Assembly (NCBI GenBank): GCA_002104905.1
Contig: MCFE01000163.1
Span: 83,986 to 147,985, forward strand
From: Basidiobolus meristosporus CBS 931.73
Lineage: Eukaryota; Fungi; Basidiobolomycota
Reading direction: 5' to 3'
DNA length: 64,000 nt
A program made the translations under genes and the position numbers. A model generated the notes under the pieces. It was not told the origin of the DNA and did not search any database. It was given only the letters and a program-made list of their open reading frames with translations. Each line of letters begins with the position of its first letter. Within the stretch, counting starts at the first letter, position 1. This document shows positions 36,884 through 49,485 of the stretch, piece after piece.

Positions 36884-39554
36884 TTATTGATGTTGAATCA
36901 GATCTAGAAGTTGGGGGTTAATCAGAACAGGGCGAACAGTGTTGGCCGCAGAAAGGAGTGGATTTTCGAATCTGGCTGATGCACTTTTCAATGCAGTAAC
37001 AATCATTTGCTAAGGTAGGGTTAGCGGTGGTTATCAAGGTTATGTATGCTGATGAGTCGGATTTACCTGGTATTGGGCATTGTCATCGTTCAGTTGCAGC
37101 ATCAGGGTCCTTAGAATGTTTTCTACATGACTCCCCTCAAAGTTTGGTGAAACGGCGTCTAGTAGCCGTGAAACGCTGATAACTGCTTCGTTTCTTACTT
37201 CATCCTGAGCATCGTCCAGTCTCTTCAAGATCTCCGGATACATGGCGATGATCAATCGATCTAATGTTTGCTTAGCATGGATCCACGTGATGGTTAGGGT
37301 TGGCACCACTTACCATCAGCCATCTGGGGGCAGAAGCATTTCGTCGTCTCCTCCAGCAGTTTCAGCGATCTGAGGCGCGTGCCCGGAATCTCATCTTCCA
37401 AGGATTGGCACAGAATCATGACCAGCTGGTTGGACTGCTTCGGATCTAGCGAAGTGCTGGAGCGGTTGGATCTCAGCAAAACGTATAGGCTCTCCATGGC
37501 TGCTGCCCTTACTGTTGGGGTCTTTTGAGGCGGGTGGTATTCTAGATTGGGCAAAATGATCTCAAAGACTAATGACACAGCGTGTTGATCCTTAATAGAT
37601 GTGTGCTGGAACACGCTGTTCAACGTCTGGAAGATCCTATTCCAGTTTTTAGCATTGTTTCAGTTTTTAGCATTGGGATGAAAACCCAGATTGAATGAAG
37701 CATCCCTACCGAACCCTAAGCTCCGAGTCTCGTTTGATATCAGTGAGCGTTTTCAAGCTGCTCAACACCTGGTCTAGATGGGGTTCGATGAATTCTCCTG
37801 ATTCCACCAACAGTCGGCAGAACATTCGGAATTGCTCCGAATCTGTGTTCCACTTGGATTCGCTGCGCTTGAGCTTCTCGAGAAGATCATCAAAGTATTC
37901 GGCTACAAGTTCACTTGGGTTTGCGAATCCGTGCATAGCAGAGAGTGCGGAGATCGCTGCAGGGATCTTATCTGCGCCCTGGAGAACATTGGTTAGCGAA
38001 GCTCGCAGCATCTATTTCTCAGAATCACCACCTTGCGGTCGTCTTCAAGGATCAGCAGAAAATGAAGCAGCTGGTATCCTTCTGGGCATTTGGTCAACGT
38101 TATCCCTCCTTCGGACATTTTCGTCACGAGATTGTATGCGATGTCCACTGAGCTCTGGACGCATTCCTCTTGAATGAATTTCCTGTGGCAAAGAGTCTCA
38201 ACCAGCCAAGGGACGATCCCCAAAAGTTCGGAGCAAGAGGACCCACGAATGCATGACTCGAGCACCATTAAAAGGTTGGGGCGGGTCTCTTGGCTAGCCA
38301 TATTGATCTGCTGCACAGTCAGGTGAGCATAGATTGAAGGGTGCACATACTTTCCCAGAGTCACTGCACATTTGATTCCCTAGCCAAGCGTTAACATGGT
38401 TGAACGTTACGATAGAATGAGCTTCGCCTACCTGACTGACAACAGATGAATCTTTGTGTTGAGCCTGCATGTACAGACTCTGTAGAATTTTGGCTGTGTG
38501 GACCTCGATGGCTTTTCCCGCGTGCTCTATCAATGTATCAAGGACCTTCAAGGCCAGCACTCTATCAGTAGTGCACCAATGCTGTGTGTCTTCGAGAATC
38601 ATGGGAAGAGCGTATTCAATTGAATTCTGGGCCAACGATCCTGACGAGCAGCGTTAGAACTGATGCTATATCGCTTGGAAAGATAGCTCGCTTACCCGTT
38701 GACTTATCACTATCGCCATACCACTTTTCCAGGTCGGTAAGGTATTGACGGCATAATGTTTGCAAATCTCCAACTTCGTCGGACATTCCTGCGAACACAA
38801 TTGGCAGGATTTTGAAGCTGGAGGTGTCTTGAATTGATTGATGGATCCAGTGCTTAACTACAGTGTAAAGCTCTTGGCGGACTGATGCTGACTTGTCGAA
38901 GACCAACTTATGAAGGTGTTCCAAAATCAAGTCGAGGCTAGCCATATCCAACTCCACCAGCACTTCAAGTGCCTAATGATGAAATACGTTAGATTCCCAA
39001 CGACCCTACGCTGCGTAAAGAGCGATTTACCCGAAGCGAAGATATTCTAATGGACGAATGTCGATGTGTTAAAGAAGGTATCAATGCTTTGACTAATGGT
39101 TGAGCCTGTAAGCGAAGATCTTTTCCAGCAATTCTACCAAGCTCGGTAACTAGCTGAATCGAGCGCTGCAGGAAATACGAGAATCAGTAAGTATGGTCAG
39201 AATATGCTTCTGAACTAAGCACTCTACTTTTTTCAACTCTGGAAAGACATCCTGTAAACTGGCTTGGAATATTTCTACAAGAATATTGACCACGTCGTGC
39301 TCATATCCTCCTTGCTTGATGACTTCTCCGCACACCTCAATCCATTCCAGACGGATTTCTTCAACACTCTCGATGTTTTCCTCGGTCAGCCTTTCTTTAG
39401 CTACCTTAAGCACCCTCAGTTTATGCTGAACTGGTGATTCTTTTTCGAATTTGATGAAGCTTAAATGTCCACAATACTTAGAGGCAGTTCTTTGACAAGT
39501 AGCTGCCAAGTATACACTTACTTTGCGATGATCTTGACGCTTAATTCTCGACAT
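36884..39554 (-). CDS. DNAAF5: HEAT-repeat protein orthologous to dynein axonemal assembly factor 5 (HEATR2), multi-exon
   Basis: Colinear segments resembling HEATR2 as I recall it: SLTHRHSSIR, LVFDKSASVR, LPIVFAGMSDE, LPMILEDTQHW, LGKYVHP, ILPNLEYH, LEDEIPGTR, MYPEILKRLDD. The 5' exons are approximate. Confidence 0.8.
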
Positions 39555-40031
39555 TTCTCCACTGAATCAACACTCATGCTCAACAAAGTCTCCCCGAGGG
39601 CTTCAAAAAGCGCCACATAGACCGCATCATCCTTCTTGCTTCCGAATATGACTTTATCTATGCTTTCCAAGGCGCGACGTTTACTCACACGATCAGTACC
39701 TGTGTCATTTAGCCGATTGACATCGCGTTGAATGGACTAACGTCGGAAGAACAGAAGGGTCAATAAGAAATCGAGCAGAAAGTCCGAATCGAACTGCAAG
39801 AATACCTGAAGGGTAAGATCATACAGTGACAGCTGCTCTGTCGTGAGATTCGACATTCTACTATGTGTTGTATATAACTAAGAGAAACTAAACAATGAGT
39901 ACCACAGCCAATAGTTAAGCAAAAGAGCGCAAAAGAGCGGCGAATAGCCACCATTATCCAAGATTAATATCCATTCGTGATTAAGAAAATAAACAACATT
40001 CCGATTTATTAATTTTGAGAAATTTTCTTCT

Positions 40032-42644
40032 TCATGTGCGTTTCTGCCATATTGTGCATTCAGCAAAAATAAATTCATATTTCCGCTGAGTCTCACGAAG
40101 TACAAATGGCACGTGGAAGGAATCCAAAGTACCGTCGACATTTAGGGATTCGAAAGTATCCCGGAAGCTGGGGTCGTGTGGCTTGACACGAACAAGGTCA
40201 AACCAGGGGCTCAAAACCTGCTCCAGGCCGTCACGAGTAGTCACATTTTCGCCATCAACCTTCTTGCCTCCGATCCAATTTTCGAATGGAGTGAAGTCAG
40301 GCAACCAGGTGTTCGGCGACAAGATGACAAGAAAACCGCCTGGTACGATGCGTGTGTGAATGGTTTCAAGGAAAGATATGGGGTTGTAGAGACGGTCCAG
40401 CACATTGGCGGCCAAAACACAATGGAAATTGAAGTACACAGGATTGGTGGAGTTCAGGTTGCATGCGTCTCCTTGAAGGAAGAGAACTTTATCTGCTATC
40501 ACCTGGCGTTCAGCTGCCTTCTGGCCTACGGGCTGTGGGCCGAAAAGCTGCTCAACCAACTGCAAACCAGCTGAACCATCCAACGGAAGGTCCGAGGATC
40601 CTAAAACAACCTCACGAAGTGCTTGGATCTCTCCTTCAATGGGTGTTGAGTACCGAATGCTGCCCCGTTGGGCTAATTGGTAGCCCACTTGGATGAACCG
40701 TGCCGATAAGTCCACTCCCACAACTTGGTCAAAGAACTGCGACATCTCGAAGGTTGAGCGCCCGGTAGCACATCCAAGATCCAAAGCGCGGATGTCCTCC
40801 TGTCCTCTCAGCTCAGAGAACTTCGAGTTCCGCACCAATGCTTCACAGATTCGGGCAGAAACTGCTTGGAAGGATTGCACATTGGGGAAGGGGGGTTGAG
40901 GACCATAGTGTCCCTCACAATAGCAGTTGACTTGGACATCGGTTTCGTACGGATTTCCAGAGGTTTCCTGGCCATTTCCTGTGACGAAAATGTTCTTGGC
41001 TTCGAAATCAGCCTCTCCATCAAGCGCCAGGGCATCTTGACCTATCGGTTGCACAACACGGAAACCGGCGTGTTGATAGAAGTGTCTTCTGAATGCATAG
41101 CGAGAATAGATTGTGGCTTCATTGCCAGTGGCAACCCAGGAGCCGCCTTTGATCAAATTGTGTTGATCATCGAAGGTAGGCGCGGTGAAGTCGTCGTACA
41201 GCGGGTGCACCTTGAAGTCAGCAAAGGGGTACATGCATGTCTTTGTCCATTGCCATACATTCCCCATGATGTCATAGAACGGCCCGGTCTGATACTTGTT
41301 AACAGGGCAAGATGAGGAGTACTTTTGCAGGCCAATATTACAACCGTCCAGCATGTAGTCAGGACCAATCGGGTGGGTGCCCGTTTTTTTGTGCTCCTCC
41401 TCCATTGCGTATTGGAGCATGTGGTTGTACTCTTCCTCGGAGGGCAGACGGGTGAGTTTCCCGGATTTCTGGCTATACCAGCGACAGTACGCATTAGCCT
41501 CCAACGCGTTGACTTCAACGGGCCAGTCCCAGGGCATGCTCGCAGTCTCAGCCAACATGTTCCTCAAGACGTAGGACCCGTCTTCTTTCTTGACCCAGAA
41601 CCGGGGGGCTTCCGGCTTGATATACTGGACCCAACGCCATCCTTCCTCGGACCAATATCTCTCTTGGTGGTAGCCGCCATCGTTCATGAATTGATAAAAC
41701 TCGGCGTTTGATATCAGTGTCTCGCCAGCTTGGAAGCCGGGGACGGACGCTTCGTGGTAGCCATACTCGTTATCCCAGCCGTAAATGTTGGCGAAATTCT
41801 TGAGGTGTGCCTGCGTGCGCGCCGTGTCCGAGTGGAATGGTCGGCCAAGGGTAACAGAGCCAGCTGGAACCGAGACTAATCTAATGTTTGTCGCGGAAGG
41901 ATCGTAGGAATTCCATTCCTGGCAATCTTGCTTGAAGAATGATTTGTAATCCGGATTAAGATAAGATAACGGGAGATGACGTATGAGCACTGAAGAGGTT
42001 TCCAAGTGAATGCGCTCATGCTCAATCCCCAGAAGAATCGGCCAGAATGGATGCTCCCAATTGATCACTGTATTATCACTCAATGGCAGCCTTTCCAATA
42101 TCACCTGGGAGACAAGCGAACGCACCTGGGAGCGGAAGCTTCGCACGCTCTCCAATGCTGGCCAGGGGTAGTCATCGGAAAGAAGATCATCCCTGTTGCG
42201 GGGTGGAAATTAGCTGAAAATCCATCTGAGCCCTCGAATATAAACTTACCAAGACATTTCATCCACCCCGACAGACACCAACGACTCGAGGCTGGGATCA
42301 ATGCGCTCGCTATACTTCAGCACCTTGGCCAGCACCAGCTTGTTGATGAAGAAGGCGGCTGTGTGTCCGTAGTAGAAGATCAATGGATGTCGAAGCGGAT
42401 CGGCCCGCTTGTAGTATGCTTTATCAGTAATAGAGTCGAAAAGATCTTCGTAGAGGGTGTAGGTGTCGTTGAATGTCCTCCATATCTCCATGCGCTTTTC
42501 GGCAGCATTATCCACCCTGAGGTCCAATGTCACGATGGCCTCCTTGGTAGGATTGAGCGACGCTGTTCCAGTGTATTGTCTATGCATCATGCGTGGTGTG
42601 TACGTGTAGAGAGGAAAGTGATCTGGTGGCGATTTATGTATCAT
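40032..42644 (-). CDS. ovoA: OvoA: 5-histidylcysteine sulfoxide synthase fused to SAM methyltransferase (ovothiol biosynthesis)
   Basis: Exon 1 (42644-42250): LRHPLIFYYGHTAAFFINKL, GVDEMSW. 57-nt GT-AG intron 42193-42249. Iron motif GIEHERIHLETSSVL; FGE-like domain GWDNEYG, GNVWQWT, VHPLYDDFT, SRYAFRRHFYQHAGFR; methyltransferase ALDLGCATGRS, QGDACNL, PFVLRETQRK. Confidence 0.95.
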
Positions 42645-43069
42645 TAAGGCAGCCACCAACAAAAAAAGATCAGGGATCTATTAGTAATCGACACTAAATT
42701 CATTGCATGGTTTCTCCGGATCAAGTTACATATAAAGGCAACACCCGAGTGACGTACATCATGCTGCCACTCCATGAATACCAAGTAACACAGCCATTAG
42801 TCTGGCTCTAGCAGCAATTTGGTTCTAGGTCTGGGGTGGCCTCATAAATTCATGCATGTCTGTTGGAGTCCTGTCCATTGATGCCAACGGGTAAATCATA
42901 CTGCCAGGGCATTGGCTCCATATCGGCTCCACTGAATTCTCTCGATGAGCGTTATGTTTTGCTGTTACTGTCACCCTCGAAGTGTCCAGGAGGAAGGAAT
43001 GCAGCATTTATTATGTGTAGGCAAATGAGATATGGTAAAAATATGAACGATGGGGTTATTAATATGGGT

Positions 43070-44696
43070 CTATTGCAAGTCCTTTCTCAGCTGCTCAACG
43101 AGCATCTGTTTAACCGCGTTGGCGGAGTTCTCCTTGATGTGTAGGCATCTTCTCTCCTTGTCGAGCAAACCGATGAACTCCTTAGGCAATACTGATTCAA
43201 ATGTGAAGCCCTCGGTACCCAGCAGCGCCCTTTCCACCGCTTCAGAGAATTTGGCTGGGTGTGCTGTAGAGAGGGAAATGGTGTAGTAGTCTTGGAATTG
43301 GGACTTGACCATATCAGCAGCATGAACACCAACAGCGGTATGTGGGTCCAGGATATATGGAGAGGTGGCTTTGTCGCTAGGATGGTAGTAGCTTTTGATG
43401 GTGTCAATGGTATCTTGGTCATTCACCATGCGAGAGGTGAAAACCTCCTTGAAATTGGCTAGAGTGTTGGGCTTGACGTTCATACGTCCAGTCTCCTTCA
43501 ATTCCTTCATCCAGCCAAAGATGATTTCACCAGCTTCTTGGTCAGCAGAGGCACTGGATGAATCGCTCACTTCGTTCTCACGCGCAAGATACCACAGGAG
43601 TCTTTCGAAGTTGGAGCTGATAAGAATGTCCATGGCTGGGCTGAGGGTTTCCTTAACACCGCCTTGCTCACCTTCTTGCTTTTCGTATGAACCAGTTTCA
43701 TAGAAACGGTACAAAATATCGTTGCTGTTGGTTGCGATGAGCAGGTTATCCACAGGAAGACCCATGCGATAAGCATAGTAGCCAGCGAGGATGTCGCCGA
43801 AGTTTCCGGTAGGCACGGAGAATTGAACCTTAACAGTTCTGGCTTCCTCGGAGTTGGGCGAGATCTTAAGATCGCGAAGAAGTGAGAAGTAAGAGTAGAA
43901 GTAGTACACGATCTGTGCAAGAATACGAGCCCAATTGATCGAATTAATAGCACCAAGTCTATACTCCTTCTTGAACTCGGGCTCGTTGAACAAAGCTTTT
44001 ACGATATCCTACAGAATTACGAGAGATCAGACACCATTCAACCAACGCAAGCCGATGTTACGCGTATCTTACTTGGCAGTCATCAAAGGTTCCTTCAACG
44101 GCAAAATTGTGGACATTCTTGTCGAGAACAGTGGTCATTTGTGCCTCCTGGATAGGAGAGACACGACCACGAGGGTGAAGAATGAATACAGACACATTCT
44201 TCTTTCCTCTCAACCCATAAATGGCTGCACTGCCGGTATCACCGCTTGTGGCACCAACGACAGTAATGAAGTGAGGCTCTTCTCCCTCCTTGAGCTGGCT
44301 GTTTTTCCTCTCCAAAAAGTACTCAAACAAGTTTCCGAGGAATTGAAGTGCGACATCCTTGAAAGCAAAGGTGGGGCCGTGGAAAAGCTCAAGAATGTAA
44401 AGCTGCTTGTTTATCTTACGGATAGGGGTGACTTCAGAGTGGCGGAAAGTAGAGTAGCTTTTCTCGATCAACTTTTGGAGGTCTTCGGTGGGGATTTCGG
44501 CGGGATCGATAAACAAAGACAGGATTTTGACTGCTAATTCTTGGAAAGACAGGTTCGCCCACTCAGAAATAAAGTTCTCGGGGAGAGCGGGAATCTCGTG
44601 AGGAATGAACAGGCCACCATCAGGAGCAAGGCCTGTAAGAACGGTATCTTCAAAAGAAAGCCCGGAAGATTGACCACGAGTAGATCTATATTTCAT
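43070..44696 (-). CDS. THR4: Threonine synthase
   Basis: MKYRSTRG, LELFHGPTFAFKDVALQ (PLP lysine), intron 44009-44072, NSINWARI, PTGNFGDI, DPHTAVG, TAHPAKF. Confidence 0.97.
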
Positions 44697-45264
44697 AATG
44701 TTAACTGTTGGTAAAAACCAAGACAACGAAGCTTAGACTGTTGTACTGGTGGACCATAAATGACCAAAAGCTAAATTCGAGCTGGCCAATAGACGTTGAA
44801 GGATGAAGTTATTCTCGAATGAGTAAACCTGATTGATAGTGATTCGTTTTGACTCATAGATTAAGATATCAAGATAACAAACTGTGAAGTGCGTAATTTA
44901 AGCACATTCCAATTCATCATGACTACCCAAGGTTTAAAAGTAGCCCAAAAAGATTCCAATCCTGACGGCTTTAGAGAGCTCCGATTACCCGTGATTCCAC
45001 CCAGCAAAGCGGCGGGACATCGATATCTAACCAAATCTGTAGCCACATTCATAAAAACTGGGCGAGTCCATGTGATCAAAGATGCATAAGCGTCTAAATC
45101 AAGTAGCACTGATAACGAGATACATCCGCAATAGTTCCGCAAGATGGATTCAGCAACATCAAAATAATGGTCAACCTGCAAGCGGCACTATTTATATGTC
45201 GCCAAAAACCGCACAAGCACCTAGTACTGTTTCTGTTCTCTTGTCAATCTTTCACAACCCAGCC

Positions 45265-46452
45265 ATGTCTACAAATGCTAACACATCCGTGGTACCTCGA
45301 ATCGGAATTGTTGGGGGCGGCCTTTCGGGTCTCATTCTCGCAAGGGTCCTGTTAATCAATGGAATTCCTTCGAAGGTTTTTGAGTATGACGACTCTTGGA
45401 ATAGCCGTCCTCAAGGTGGAACCCTTGACCTTCACACAGAATCCGGTCAGCTTGCTATGCGTACAGCGGGCCTATGGGAGGATTTTGAGCGGCATGTTCG
45501 CTATGAAGGCCAGGCCATGCGAATTTTAGATAAAACTGGGCAAGTTTTATTAAATGAAGAGGTAGATCCTTCAGAAAAGGGTCGACCAGAGGTCGATCGC
45601 ACTGTTTTAAGGAAATCCTTGATTGATTCTTTGGGGGACGGGATTATACAATGGGGCGCCAAAGTAAAAAGCGTTCACCCTTTGCCATTGAGCACCGAAA
45701 ACTCCCTCAATACATATAAGATCGTGCTTGGCAACGGAAAAGAGGAGGTCTTTGATATTGTTGTTGGTGCTGATGGTGCCTGGTCTCGGGTGCGCTCTCT
45801 ATTATCAGATGCCACCCCAACCTATTGTGGTGTGACTATGATGGATACCACATTGGAGAATGTTGACACCTCATACACAAAAGAATCCAAGCTGGTCGGG
45901 GACGGGACTATGTTTGCCTTGGGTGAGAACAAGGGAATAATATCTCAGCGGAATGGCGATGGTAGCATTCGCACCTATATCACCCTTCGGATAGATCCCA
46001 AAGAAATCCCTTCGACCGAAGACTCTCCTGTGTTACGTTCATTCCTGCTGGAGAGGTTTGCCGACTGGTCAGAGGATCTGAAGAATTTTATCAGAGATGG
46101 CAAAGATTTGGTTGTACGACCCATCAACTGCCTGCCGATTGATCATCACTGGAAGTATCGCCCGGGCCTTACGATCATCGGAGATGCTGCTCATGTCATG
46201 TCCCCCTTTGCAGGTGAAGGAGCCAACCTGGCCATGCTCGATGGAGTTGAGCTTGCCTCTGCTATTGTAAGATCAGTGAAGAACGGGGAAAATCTGTACG
46301 ATGCGGTCGAGGCGTTTGAGATCTCTATGCTCGAGAGATCATCCAAGGCTGCCCAAGAAAGCGCAGACAATCTTACTAACTTCATTTCCAGCAACGGAGC
46401 TCAAAGCGTTGTAGATTTCTTTAAGAATATGCAGCCTCCAGCTGACTTGTGA
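45265..46452 (+). CDS. Tet(X)-like FAD-dependent monooxygenase, intronless
   Basis: IGIVGGGLSG, PQGGTLDLH, GRPEVDR, DIVVGADG, GDAAHVMSPFAGEGANLAMLDG; 395 aa from the ATG at 45265. Confidence 0.85.
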   Translation: MSTNANTSVVPRIGIVGGGLSGLILARVLLINGIPSKVFEYDDSWNSRPQGGTLDLHTESGQLAMRTAGLWEDFERHVRYEGQAMRILDKTGQVLLNEEVDPSEKGRPEVDRTVLRKSLIDSLGDGIIQWGAKVKSVHPLPLSTENSLNTYKIVLGNGKEEVFDIVVGADGAWSRVRSLLSDATPTYCGVTMMDTTLENVDTSYTKESKLVGDGTMFALGENKGIISQRNGDGSIRTYITLRIDPKEIPSTEDSPVLRSFLLERFADWSEDLKNFIRDGKDLVVRPINCLPIDHHWKYRPGLTIIGDAAHVMSPFAGEGANLAMLDGVELASAIVRSVKNGENLYDAVEAFEISMLERSSKAAQESADNLTNFISSNGAQSVVDFFKNMQPPADL

Positions 46453-46581
46453 TTCAATAAACAATTTGTTAGACCACAAACCAAAAAGCGTAGTAATTCA
46501 TCACAAGGCAGAGAAAATCATCGTTTATTGATCCTTATGCGTCTAAATGTAGGGGCCAGCCATAGAGCGATATGTCGGGAT

Positions 46582-47618
46582 TTAGAGAAACACAAATTCA
46601 TAGAAAGATTTTTCTCGAACTCCGGGCTCCTTTTGAGAGTTGGGGTAGAGGGCTTGCGGATGACATACATAAGTCAAACGGCGGCCGCATTCAGTGTCAT
46701 TACCTATTGGATAGCAACAGGTTAACGTCAAACACAAGTTATCAAGCTACTGAGTGCGACTTACTGAATGACACCAGGTGGTAGTATTGACACATTGCAT
46801 GGACAATGAATCGGATTTGTCTGTCCTGGATATCCATCACCAAGAATTGGGGCTCCCTGTCATCGACTTGTTCACCACAGTCACTAGCAGTCTGAACAGT
46901 GTCATCTTTCATGCTTGCAATTTGCTCTACAAATTCCTTGATCTGACCCTCGTATTGTTCAACAATCCCTTGGGAAACGTGTGCTTTCCTTAGCTCACGG
47001 CGGATTGAGCGATCGATGAAGCTTTGTGTCTCTGGGTAATTTGTACAAGGTTTTTCAGTAGCTCGCAGATCAGTATCATGGGCAAACTTGTGCTGAAGAA
47101 GCTGCTCCATGGCTTGGTCATACTTGAAATGAAAATGAGGTGCTTGAGCAGGATATCCAGGTGGAATCATGTCTTTTGGATTCAATACAGCGTGTGGCAG
47201 ATAAGTGAAGTGGTCTACACCATACGAGAGAAATGGTGAGATGATGAGGAGTAAAAGCGACGGCTTCAATCCTTGAACACATTCCACAGCAACCTGTACT
47301 CCTATACGTGAACCTTCTGCTCCATTCTAGTATCGCTCTAGCAGTCAGAAGCGATTGGAGCATCCAGAAACACGGAGAGGAACGCTGCTGCATACGTGTA
47401 AGGCAAGAGTGTTGTTACATACCATTGTCGTAACGATTGCGGCGGCGACTCCCTTCCTTCCCCCGGGATTCCCTAGTTTTTAAGGAATCCCGTTGAAAGT
47501 AAATCTTCTTTTTCCCTTCTCTGGGCACACGGAGCGGTGGCGCAACTGAAACACCAGTGGCACCTCGAGTAGGTAAGTTTGAGCCAATTGCTGGGAGTTC
47601 AAGTACATCGACGGCCAT
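46582..47618 (-). CDS. R3H-associated domain protein, multi-exon
   Basis: EGSRRRNRYDN followed by an R3H-like segment RQIRFIVHAMCQYYHLVSFS...RRLTYV. The start is uncertain. Confidence 0.7.
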
Positions 47619-47924
47619 GATGAGAGTCTTGGAGGAAAGACAGATACAAAACTACCGAGCCCACACTTATTGATATCGAGCTGCTCGCAGCAACACCACT
47701 CGAACATTCTCTAGAAATGGCGATTTTCCGCAGCCCAGTCACGTTGATCGCACCAATGTCCATTAGACAAATCGTATCTACGGCAAATTAAAATGTCGAA
47801 TTCAAATGGGAGAATGATCCGATTCCAAGAATGCATGACCATTATACAGTAGGTAATCGAGTTTATTGGTTTAAAACCCAGCCGACGTATTATAAACGAT
47901 GGAAAATGGAGGGAGAAAGATTGG

Positions 47925-49212
47925 TTAGACATTGATTACACGACTAAGCTTTTGGATCCGGTTGAGAAGTAGATCGCCTTGCTTGATGCTTTGCTGATAC
48001 TGAGCATTTTTGTTGTCTGGGCGGTTGGTTTCTACGATTCCGTTGACTTTGTCAATCACACAGTTGAGTCTACCGGCGGAGATAAATTTGGACAGATCGT
48101 TGTCAATAAACTCCTCACTAACTCCAAACGCAGTGGCCATGCTCTCAATGGTGAGACTACGATAGGATTCCAAAAGCTGTGCATAGGCGATAATACGCAT
48201 CTCACGAACATAGAATCTCATGTGTGGGAAGAGCAAGCGAGAGGCCTTCAGGTACTTCTCTTCCATCAAAGCCAAGGATTGGAAGAACTTGGCGTAGTTG
48301 CCGTTGTAAAGAGAAGTGATGTAATCCTCCAAGCCGGGAATCTCGTGCAAGACCTCCAATACTTCTGGTGCCTCAAGAACCTTCTTCTTCATATCCACAC
48401 GGTTCAAGCTTATGGCACTGGTGAGAACTGCATATTTGACAAAGTCCTTGTATTCCATAAGCTCGGTCGATGTGAAGGTAGAAAGAGTATCAAGGTAGAG
48501 CCCAGATGCTCCCTTGAAGTCGCGGATAGACATCAAGTAGGTAGCGTTATAGACCTTGAGGCGATTTCTACGATCCCAATCACCTCCCTCCTCGATGATC
48601 CCCTTGGCCTTCTCGATATTGCGGCTGATTAAATCGTTGTCAGAGAAGAAGAATCCCATTCTGATGAATGCAAATATGATATCCAGACGATAACCGACAG
48701 TGGCATTCTTTTCGTAGGCAACCTTGTATGCAGTTAAGGCTTTTTCCTGCGGAATCGAGTTATAAGGATTGTTTTGATAAATTGATGTAGGCCAGCTAAT
48801 TCAGTACCTTATCACCAATCTTGGCATAGAGCTCAGCTTTCGCTAGAAGTACATCGCTGACTTCAGTCTCCCCAGCATTTTGTTCGGCATCTTGGAGCTT
48901 TTCGTCGAGCTTTTCAATCTCCTCTGAGTTTACTTTATCCATGCTCTCCAATAGGGAGTTGTCAAGAGGCACCTTCAATTCCTCGCAAACAAGGCGGTAG
49001 AAAGGTCCCATATCTAGCCCAAGTTACGGTCAATTGAGTACACTGCCACAAGAAGTTGAACCAAACCGTTCGATCTACTTACTCTTCTCTTTGATCTCTT
49101 GGAAAAGCTTTTGCTTGGCATCTTCACGCTGGTCTTCAGAACCGTTGTTGATTATGAATCGGAGGTGTGCCAAATCTAGGTTGGGAATCTTAGCGAGGGG
49201 AGCTTCTGACAT
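47925..49212 (-). CDS. RPN7: 26S proteasome lid subunit Rpn7, multi-exon
   Basis: [56 protein letters not shown]. Confidence 0.97.
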
Positions 49213-49485
49213 GATGTGAATACAACTAAGATATATGCTAGTTGTATGGACTTTATTGAGTGTGCTAATCCTACTCAAAAAATGCTTTACGAAAGCATAT
49301 CTGCGATCATGTGATTTTGGAATTGACTATTGCGTAATCGAAGTATACGTGAGCAATTAACCAGCGGGAGAAAATAAGGACTAACCGATAGTGCCAGACC
49401 AAGGTAAAACACTGAGCGTTGTTATTTATCCCCTTCAGTCGCCTCAGTATCAATTTTTACACTCTACTCCTGAAATATATTGCTC

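Noticed and set aside
43070-44696. THR4 acting as the missing OvoB lyase
   Set aside because: It is a canonical fold-type II threonine synthase with all usual motifs; OvoB is a different (fold-type I) PLP enzyme.
49213-49485. Rpn4/PACE element between RPN7 and RPN6
   Set aside because: No GGTGGCAAA-like site on either strand.
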